Origin: Myxococcaceae bacterium
Lineage (GTDB): Bacteria; Myxococcota; Myxococcia; Myxococcales; Myxococcaceae
Direction of reading: 5' to 3'
Assembly: GCA_035304185.1 (NCBI GenBank)
Contig: DATGQN010000114.1
Coordinates: 1 to 22,578, forward strand
Length of the DNA stretch: 22,578 nucleotides
Positions within the stretch are counted from its first letter, which is position 1, and every line of letters starts with the position of its first letter. Below are positions 14,300-21,053 of the stretch, in pieces. The notes beneath the pieces were generated by a model. The model made no database searches. It was not told where the DNA came from and was given only the letters and a program-made list of their open reading frames with translations. A program made the translations under genes and the position numbers.

Positions 14300-14716
14300 A
14301 TGAGGAACATCTTCGACGACGAGCACGTGACGGTGACCCTGGAGAACGGGTGCCTGCACCTGGGCTGGACGAAGGACGTGGTGGACGGTCCTGAAGCGGT
14401 CGAGCTGGCCCGCCGGCTGACGGAGGCCCTGGGCCGGGTGGTGCGCGAGGCGCCGCCCAAGTCCATGACCATGTTGGTCGACCTGATGGTGATCCAGAAG
14501 CCGGCCCCCAAGGCGAACGCGGTCTTCCTGGAGTGGCTCCGTCGGGACTGGCGCTCCTTCCGCGCCACCGCCTTCGCGTCGCGCAACACCCTGCTCCGCT
14601 CCACCATCAAGGTGGCCAGCCTCCTCCCCGGCATCCACGTCGCCGGCTTTGCCACGGTCGAGGAGGCCCGGGCCCATCTGGAGAAGCAGGTCGTGCTGGA
14701 GCCGGTTGCGGGCTGA
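14300..14716 (+). CDS. small cytoplasmic protein, possibly STAS/SpoIIAA-like fold (138 aa)
   Basis: ATG 14300 is preceded by GGAGGGGAG 4-12 nt upstream (strong SD). The in-frame upstream part of the track ORF (13997..14299) is Arg-rich junk. The alternating beta/alpha pattern HVTVTLENGCLHLGW...AVELARRLTEAL...MLVDLMVI...IHVAGFATVEEARAHL resembles anti-sigma-antagonist/STAS domains. Assignment is tentative. Confidence 0.5.
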   Translation: MRNIFDDEHVTVTLENGCLHLGWTKDVVDGPEAVELARRLTEALGRVVREAPPKSMTMLVDLMVIQKPAPKANAVFLEWLRRDWRSFRATAFASRNTLLRSTIKVASLLPGIHVAGFATVEEARAHLEKQVVLEPVAG

Positions 14717-14737
14717 TCGCCGCGGCCGCTGACGGCA

Positions 14738-14757
14738 AGGGGCCCCCGCGGCCCCTG
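14738..14757. terminator. GC-rich hairpin between convergent genes (possible bidirectional terminator)
   Basis: aagGGGCCcccgcGGCCCctg: 6-bp perfect G/C stem with a 5-nt loop, located between the STAS-like stop (14716) and the htrA stop (14786). No U-tract, which is common in high-GC genomes. Confidence 0.35.
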
Positions 14758-14785
14758 CCCCATTCAGCGTTGCCGGCCCCTCACC

Positions 14786-16228
14786 TCAGGGCATCTGGAG
14801 TGCGCGGATCGCCCCGCCCCGTCCGGAGGCGACGACCAGCAGCACCATCTGTCCCGAGCGGGCGGACTGCAGGACCTGGCGCAGGGCCTCGGCCGACTGC
14901 ACCCGCCGGCCCCCGGCCTCGATGATCAACATGCCCGGGCGGAGATCGGCGTAGGCGGCGGGAGACTCGGGTTCCACCTCGGTGATGATGGCGCCGGGCA
15001 GGCGACGACCACCGGCGCGGGGGGCGGCGTCCTCGAAGGACAGTCCCAGCTGCGCGAGGGGATCCGCGTTGCGTGCAGGAATGCCGATGCCCTCGAAGTC
15101 CGGGCGCTCCCCGAGCTCCACCTTGAGGTCACGCGTCTTCCCGTCCCGCTCGACGGTGAGGGTGACGGTGCGGCCCGGCGGCATGAGACCGATGCGCTGG
15201 GTGAGCATGCGCGCATCCCTCAAGGCCGCGCCATCGAGGGCGATCACCACGTCCTTGGCTCTCAGTCCTGCCGCCTCACCGGGGCTCCCCTCCCCCACCT
15301 CGGCGACCAGCGCGCCATCCTCCCGCGCGATCCCCAGGGCCTTCGCGATGGGGCTGGTGACGTCGGTCATGGAGACACCGATCCAACCGCGGCGGACCAC
15401 GCCCTGTTCGAGCTGCGGCATGAGCTCCCGGGCCATGTTGCTGGGGACCGCGAAGCCGATGCCCGAGGCGCCGCCGACGATGGCGGTGTTGATGCCGATC
15501 ACCTCACCGGCGAGGTTGAAGAGCGGGCCGCCCGAGTTGCCGGGGTTGATGGCCGCGTCGGTCTGCAGGAAGTCGTCATAGGGGCCGCTCTGGATGTCGC
15601 GGGAGCGCGCCGAGAGGATCCCGGCACTCACGCTGGAGGCGAGGCCGAACGGATTGCCGACCGCCACCACCCAGTCGCCGACGTTGAGCGCACGCGAGTC
15701 GCCGAACTGCACCGTGGGGAGCGGCTCCTTCACCCCCTCGAGCTGGAGCAGCGCCAGATCGGTCAGAGGATCGCGCCCCACGACCTTGGCAGCGAAGGAT
15801 CGCCCGTCATCGAGGCGCACGCGGATGGCGACCGCGCCCTCGATGACGTGGTTGTTGGTCATGACCTTGCCGTCGGCCTCCACGATGAAGCCGGAGCCCG
15901 CGCTCTGCTCGAGCTGTGGCGCCTGGGGACCGAAGAAGCGCTCGTAGGGGGACATGGGGCGGCGACGGCCGCCACTGCGCACCTGCACGTCGACGTTGAC
16001 GACCGCGCCCTTCACCCGCTCCACCAGCGGCGCGAACGAGGTCGGCGCCCCCATGGGCACAATGGGCTCCGGCGAAGGCGGAGGGGGCTCTTCGCGGACC
16101 CGGACCGGCGTGGGAGCCTCCGCGGGCTGGGGCTCGGGCACCTCCTGCTTGCACGCGGTGACGGTCACGATCGCCACCAGCAGCGAGGTCAATCCATGGG
16201 TGAGGGAGCGGGGATGTCGCGCGCGCAT
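14786..16228 (-). CDS. htrA: DegP/HtrA-family periplasmic serine endoprotease lipoprotein with two PDZ domains
   Basis: Signal peptide with VTVTAC lipobox. Trypsin-like core with catalytic His (MTNNHVIEGA), Asp (DLALLQL) and Ser (GNSGGPLFNLAGEVIGINTAI). Two C-terminal PDZ-like segments (GWIGVSMTDV..., GAIITEVEPESPAAYADLRPGMLIIEAGGRRV). Confidence 0.9.
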   Translation of the reverse strand: MRARHPRSLTHGLTSLLVAIVTVTACKQEVPEPQPAEAPTPVRVREEPPPPSPEPIVPMGAPTSFAPLVERVKGAVVNVDVQVRSGGRRRPMSPYERFFGPQAPQLEQSAGSGFIVEADGKVMTNNHVIEGAVAIRVRLDDGRSFAAKVVGRDPLTDLALLQLEGVKEPLPTVQFGDSRALNVGDWVVAVGNPFGLASSVSAGILSARSRDIQSGPYDDFLQTDAAINPGNSGGPLFNLAGEVIGINTAIVGGASGIGFAVPSNMARELMPQLEQGVVRRGWIGVSMTDVTSPIAKALGIAREDGALVAEVGEGSPGEAAGLRAKDVVIALDGAALRDARMLTQRIGLMPPGRTVTLTVERDGKTRDLKVELGERPDFEGIGIPARNADPLAQLGLSFEDAAPRAGGRRLPGAIITEVEPESPAAYADLRPGMLIIEAGGRRVQSAEALRQVLQSARSGQMVLLVVASGRGGAIRALQMP

Positions 16229-16273
16229 GGCGTCCTCCAGAGATCGGTTGGGGCAGCGGAAGGTCGGGGCGGC

Positions 16274-17899
16274 TCAGCTGGCGCGGAGGCCCGGCGCCTC
16301 CCGGCCGGTGCTGGCGACATACTCGGAGTAGCCGCCGCCGTAGGGACGCACTTCGTCCCCGTTGATTTCCAGGACGCGGTTGGACAGCGCGCCGAGGAAG
16401 TGCCGGTCGTGGGAGACGAAGAGCATGGTCCCCTCATAACCGGCGAGCGCGTCGATCAGCATCCTCTTGGTGGCCATGTCCAGGTGGTTGGTGGGCTCGT
16501 CGAGCACCAGGAAATTCGGGGGATCGAAGAGGAGCTGCGCCATCACCAGGCGCGCCTTCTCGCCGCCGGAGAGGACCCGGCACTTCTTCTCCACCTCATC
16601 GCCCGAGAATCCGAAGCAGCCGGCCAGCACCCGCAGCGCGCCGGTGTTCGCGCGGGGGAAGGCGTGCTCCAGGGACTCGAAGACGGTCTGGTTGCCGTCC
16701 AGCAGATCCATGGCGTGCTGGGCGAAGTAGCCCATCTTCACGGCGCTGCCGAGGCTCACCTGCCCCTTGTCGGGCTCGGTGTGACCGGCCACCAGCTTGA
16801 GCAGGGTCGACTTGCCCGCGCCGTTCGCGCCGAGCACGCACCAGCGCTCGCCGCGGCGCACCAGCAGATCGAAATCCGTGTAAATGCGCCGGCTGCCGTA
16901 GGCCTTGCTCACGCCCGACAGGCGCACCACGTCGTCGCCCGATCGCGGTGAGGGGGCGAACTCGAAGTCCACCTTCTGATGGCGCTTGGGGGGCTGCACG
17001 CGCTCGATCTTCTCGAGCTTCTTCACCCGGCTCTGCACCTGCGAGGAGTGGGACGCGCGGGCCTTGAAGCGCTCGATGAACTTGAGCTCCTTGGCGAGCA
17101 TGGCCTGCTGGCGCTCGTACTGGGCCTGCTGCTGCTGATCGTTCTGCGCGCGCTGCTGCTCGTAGAAGTCGTAGCCGCCCGAGTAGGTGGTGAGGCTGCC
17201 GCCGTCGATCTCGATGATCTTGGTGACGATGCGGTCCATGAACTCGCGGTCGTGGGAGGTCATGAGGACCGCGCCGTCGTAATCGCGCAGAAAGCCTTCC
17301 AGCCAGATGAGGGACTCGAGATCCAGGTGGTTGCTGGGCTCGTCGAGGAGCATGGCGTCGGGGCGCATGAGGAGGATGCGGGCCAGGGCCACGCGCATCT
17401 TCCAACCGCCGGAGAGGTTGCCGACGTCTCCGTCCATCATCTCCACGCTGAAGCCCAGGCCGCCGAGGATCTCCCGGGCGCGGCCTTCCAGCGCGTAACC
17501 GTCGAGCTCCTCGAAGCGGGCCTGCACCTCGCCGAAGCGGTTCACCAGCTTGTCGAGTTCGTCGGCGCGATCGGGATCGGCGAGGGCGAGCTCCAGCTCC
17601 TTGAGCTCCGCGGCCACCTGGCTCACCGGACCAGCGCCGTCCATGACCGCGGCGACCGCCGACTGGCCGGACATCTCGCCCACGTCCTGATCGAAGTAGC
17701 CGATGGTCACGCCCCGATCGATGGAGACCTGGCCTTCCTCGGGCTCCTCCTGGCCGGCGACGAGGCGGAAGAGGGTCGACTTGCCGGCGCCGTTCGGACC
17801 GACGAGGCCCACCTTCTCCCCGCGGTTGAGGGCGGCCGAGGCCTCGATGAAGAGGATCTGCTGTCCGTGCTGCTTGCCGATGTTGTCGAGGCGGATCAT
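16274..17899 (-). CDS. ABC-F family ATPase (two tandem ABC domains, no TM domain; EttA/YbiT-like translation factor or resistance protein)
   Basis: Start taken at MIRLDNIGKQ (ATG 17899; the track begins 14 codons upstream). First ABC domain: Walker A GLVGPNGAGKST, signature LSGGWKMRVALARIL, Walker B MLLDEPSNHLD. Inter-domain Q-rich linker. Second ABC domain: GANGAGKSTLLK, LSGGEKARLVMAQLL, LVLDEPTNHLD. Confidence 0.88.
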   Translation of the reverse strand: MIRLDNIGKQHGQQILFIEASAALNRGEKVGLVGPNGAGKSTLFRLVAGQEEPEEGQVSIDRGVTIGYFDQDVGEMSGQSAVAAVMDGAGPVSQVAAELKELELALADPDRADELDKLVNRFGEVQARFEELDGYALEGRAREILGGLGFSVEMMDGDVGNLSGGWKMRVALARILLMRPDAMLLDEPSNHLDLESLIWLEGFLRDYDGAVLMTSHDREFMDRIVTKIIEIDGGSLTTYSGGYDFYEQQRAQNDQQQQAQYERQQAMLAKELKFIERFKARASHSSQVQSRVKKLEKIERVQPPKRHQKVDFEFAPSPRSGDDVVRLSGVSKAYGSRRIYTDFDLLVRRGERWCVLGANGAGKSTLLKLVAGHTEPDKGQVSLGSAVKMGYFAQHAMDLLDGNQTVFESLEHAFPRANTGALRVLAGCFGFSGDEVEKKCRVLSGGEKARLVMAQLLFDPPNFLVLDEPTNHLDMATKRMLIDALAGYEGTMLFVSHDRHFLGALSNRVLEINGDEVRPYGGGYSEYVASTGREAPGLRAS

Positions 17900-18020
17900 G
17901 GGCGCGGTATATGCCAGCCCCCGTCCGCCTCGCCCGCCCAAATCCCGAGAAAATGAGCGTCGGAATGCGGGCGCATGGGTGGCTGCTCGCGCTCCGCGGG
18001 AAGAGGCGTGCTAGAGCGCG
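17900..18020. promoter_or_regulatory. 121-bp divergent promoter region between the ABC-F gene (minus) and the dprE1-like gene (plus)
   Basis: Intergenic position only; no consensus motif recognised. Confidence 0.3.
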
Positions 18021-19367
18021 ATGAGCATGAGGCCAGCGCAATCCTGGGGACGGTTCCCCCACGTTGAACCCGGCGAACAGGCGGAGATTCCGCTCCCCTG
18101 GCTGCCGACGGAGCTTCCAAGCCCCATCCAGGAGCGCACCCTGCTGCCCTACGGACTGGGACGCAGCTACGGCGACAGCTGCCTGAACCCGGGTGGCTCG
18201 CTGCTGCGCACCGAAGGGCTCGATCGGTTCATCGCCTTCGAGCCAGGGACCGGTCGGCTCCGTGCCGAGGCCGGGGTGACCCTGGACGCGATCCTCACCC
18301 GGGTGGTCCCTGATGGATGGTTCCTTCCGGTGACCCCGGGCACCCGCTTCGTGACCCTGGGTGGCGCCATCGCCAACGACGTCCATGGGAAGAACCACCA
18401 CGTCGCGGGGACCTTCGGTCGGCACGTTCTGCAGCTGGGGCTCCTGCGCTCGGATGAGGGACTGATCACCTGCAGCCCCACGGAGCGGCCGGAGCGCTTT
18501 GCCGCGACCATCGGCGGCCTGGGGCTCACCGGCCTCATCACCTGGGCGGAGATACAGCTCACCCGCATCGAGAGCCCCGAGGTGATCCAGGAGACCGTCC
18601 CCTTCGGTGGGCTCGACGAGTTCCTGGCGATCAACCGGGAGAGCGTCACCGATTGGCCCTTCACCGTGGCGTGGGTGGACTGTGTCTCGGGTGGCGACAA
18701 GCTGGGCCGGGGCCTCTACTTCCGCGGGCGACCCGCGCCGGCCGATCCTTCGCAGCGTGTCCGCCCCGTTCCCCGCGCTCCGCGGCTCTCGGTGCCCTTC
18801 CAGCTCCCCTCCCCCACGCTGAACCGATTCAGCGTCCGCGCCTTCAACGCGGCCTACCGCGCGATGCACCTCACCGGGCCGAGGACGCGGCGGGTGCACT
18901 ACGAGCCCTACTTCTATCCGTTGGATGGGGTGGCGGATTGGAACCGAATCTACGGATCCAAGGGGCTCCTCCAGTTCCAGTGCGTGGTCCCCGAGGCCGA
19001 CGGCGGGCGGGTCATGCACACCCTGCTCGATCGCATCGCCAGGAGCGGTCAGGCCAGCTTCCTCACCGTGCTCAAGTCCTTCGGCGTGCTGAAGAGCCCG
19101 GGGCTGCTCTCCTTCCCCAGGCCGGGGCTGACCTTGGCGCTGGATCTGCGGCACCGCGGTGAATCCACGCTCGCCCTGTTCCGGGAGCTCGAGGAGGTCG
19201 CGCGCGAGGCCGGTGGGGCCCTCTACCCGGCCAAGGATGCGTGCATGACGCCCGAGACCTTCGAGGCCTCCTATCCCGAACTCCCCACCTTCAAGCGCCA
19301 CGTCGATCCCGCCTTCTCCTCCGGCTTCTGGCGGCGGATGACGCGCGAGGCAGCAGGTGCCAAGTGA
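18021..19367 (+). CDS. dprE1: FAD-dependent oxidoreductase homologous to decaprenylphosphoryl-beta-D-ribose 2'-oxidase DprE1
   Basis: As I recall Mycobacterium tuberculosis DprE1 (Rv3790), it carries GLGRSYGDNAQN and VTVGGAIACDIHGKNHH. This ORF has GLGRSYGDSCLN and VTLGGAIANDVHGKNHH, and ...LQFQCVVPEA resembles the DprE1 ...FLQYQFVIP region. Length 448 aa. The stop TGA overlaps the next start (TGATG). Confidence 0.85.
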   Translation: MSMRPAQSWGRFPHVEPGEQAEIPLPWLPTELPSPIQERTLLPYGLGRSYGDSCLNPGGSLLRTEGLDRFIAFEPGTGRLRAEAGVTLDAILTRVVPDGWFLPVTPGTRFVTLGGAIANDVHGKNHHVAGTFGRHVLQLGLLRSDEGLITCSPTERPERFAATIGGLGLTGLITWAEIQLTRIESPEVIQETVPFGGLDEFLAINRESVTDWPFTVAWVDCVSGGDKLGRGLYFRGRPAPADPSQRVRPVPRAPRLSVPFQLPSPTLNRFSVRAFNAAYRAMHLTGPRTRRVHYEPYFYPLDGVADWNRIYGSKGLLQFQCVVPEADGGRVMHTLLDRIARSGQASFLTVLKSFGVLKSPGLLSFPRPGLTLALDLRHRGESTLALFRELEEVAREAGGALYPAKDACMTPETFEASYPELPTFKRHVDPAFSSGFWRRMTREAAGAK

Positions 19368-20104
19368 TGAACCGGATTCTCGTTCTCGGCGCGACCAGCG
19401 CCATCGCCCAGGCCACGGCCCGCCTTCTCGCCGAGCAGGGAGCGTCGCTGTTTCTCGTCGCCCGGAACGCCGAACGACTCGAGGCGGTGGCGCAGGATCT
19501 CCGGATCCGGGGCGCGTCAGTGGTTCATTCGGAGGTTCTGGATCTCGACGAGGTCGCGGCGCACGAGAGGCTGATCCACCGCGCTGATGTCGCGCTCGAG
19601 GGATTGGACGCGGCACTGCTCGCGCATGGCGTGCTGGGTGATCAGGAGGCCTGTGAGAGCGACTTCGCCTCGGCGGCCAAGCTGCTGCACACCAACTTCG
19701 TGAGCCCCGCGAGCCTTCTGACCCACCTGGCCAACCTGCTCGAGCCGCGAGGCAAGGGAACGCTGGTGGTGATCTCGAGCGTCGCCGGTGACCGCGGGCG
19801 GCAGAGCAACTACGTCTACGGTGCCAGCAAGGGCGGCCTCACCGTTTGGCTGCAGGGGCTGCGCAATCGACTTACGCCCCATGGGGTCCGCGTGCTGACC
19901 GTGAAGCCCGGCTTCGTGGATACGCCCATGACCGCGCACCTGCCGAAGAACGCGCTGTTCGCGCAGCCGGATGACATTGCTCGCGGGATCCTCAAAGCCG
20001 TGAAGGGCAAGCGGGATGTGATCTACCTGCCTGGCTTGTGGCGGCCGATCATGACTGCGGTGCGTGCGTTGCCGGAGGCGGTGTTCAAGCGGTTGAAGTT
20101 GTAA
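19367..20104 (+). CDS. dprE2: short-chain dehydrogenase/reductase homologous to DprE2 (decaprenylphospho-2'-keto-ribose reductase)
   Basis: MNRILVLGATSAIAQATARLL (Rossmann motif GxxSxIA). Catalytic segment SSVAGDRGRQSNYVYGASKGGL (YxxxK). C-terminal ...LPEAVFKRLKL parallels Rv3791 ...IPRSIFRKLPI as I recall it. Immediately downstream of, and overlapping, the DprE1-like gene. The start could alternatively be GTG 19364. Confidence 0.85.
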   Translation: MNRILVLGATSAIAQATARLLAEQGASLFLVARNAERLEAVAQDLRIRGASVVHSEVLDLDEVAAHERLIHRADVALEGLDAALLAHGVLGDQEACESDFASAAKLLHTNFVSPASLLTHLANLLEPRGKGTLVVISSVAGDRGRQSNYVYGASKGGLTVWLQGLRNRLTPHGVRVLTVKPGFVDTPMTAHLPKNALFAQPDDIARGILKAVKGKRDVIYLPGLWRPIMTAVRALPEAVFKRLKL

Positions 20105-20306
20105 GGCTTTGGCGTCGCGCTACGCTGGTAGCAGGACTCAACTGAACGAGTCTCCCAAGAGCCCGAGCGATTGACGCAGCCTCTGCGACGATCTCGACAT
20201 CCTCAGTAGGGTGTTGCAAAGGGGCGAACGGCACCTCGTACTCCGATGCGTGTCATTCCCCGTACGGCCGAACTCCGTTGCTTGCTCGCTCGCAGCACTC
20301 GCTTCT

Positions 20307-21053
20307 TCAGCGCCCAGCTACGGCGCCAAGACCTGCCGACACCAGCGTGAACAACGTAAAGCCACCGATGAACGCGAGCACGGACCTGCGGCTGTCGGTG
20401 TCAGCTTGGTGGGCCTCTTTGAGCATGTCCTCGACCGAGGCGACCGTGAGCAAGCCCGCGACGAACACGAGCGCCGCCACCTTCAACTGCTCCGGCGCAT
20501 TGCGGAGCAGGAAATAGGACGCGGTCGCGGAACCCACGACGTAAATGAAGAACGAGCCCGCGAACAAGAGACGCTTGCGTCTAGCCACGCCCTTGTCTCG
20601 AAAGTTTGCGACGGTTGCGTACCCTTCGGGCACGTCGGCGAGCACCTGGCCCGCGGCCAGGACGAATACGAGGCTCGAGGAGACAGCAGCGCCCGTGCCG
20701 ATCATCAGGCCGTCGCTGGTGAGATCGACCGCGACAGCCACATAGATCATCCACATCCGACCACGATCACCGCGCTCCAGCCTACCCTGCCGGTGTTCCA
20801 TGACAGCTTCGAGCGCGATGTAAGCCATCCCCCCCAAGGCGAAGGCGAGCGCAACCCACCAACCAGGGATTCTCCCGACGGAACGGGGCATGATCTCCAC
20901 GGCGACGATCGCGATGACGATGCCGGAGGCCGAATGTAGAGCCCAGTTGAGAAGCCGTGGCGGCGGCTTTCGAACCTCTGCGACCATCGCGCCAATGAAG
21001 ACACCGACTCCCGGGAGAAGAGACAAGAGTAAGACGGTCCAGATGCCGCTCAT
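20307..21053 (-). CDS. ZIP (ZupT-like) family membrane protein, divergent: the canonical His/Asn of the HNxPEG motif are replaced and the second motif copy appears absent
   Basis: 248 aa, multi-TM. [23 protein letters not shown] parallels ZupT [36 protein letters not shown] parallels ZupT [21 protein letters not shown] parallels SVDELMPLA. ATG 21053..21051 overlaps the upstream RND gene's stop by 4 nt (ATGA). Confidence 0.6.
   Translation of the reverse strand: [248 protein letters not shown]

Noticed and set aside
15848-16951. 367-aa + ORF antisense to htrA and the ABC-F gene
   Set aside because: It crosses a gene boundary and is Gly/Ala/Arg/His-rich with no motifs. The minus strand shows the catalytic triad and ABC signatures.
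16596-19616. 1006-aa minus-strand ORF crossing the ABC-F/dprE1 intergenic region
   Set aside because: Arg/Pro/Gly-rich and biologically implausible. It spans a divergent promoter region and is antisense to dprE1. Real genes on both sides have strong motif support.
20211-20939. 242-aa + ORF overlapping the ZIP-like gene
   Set aside because: Highly charged (R/E/D/H) and not membrane-like. The minus strand gives a coherent multi-TM ZIP-like protein coupled to czcA.
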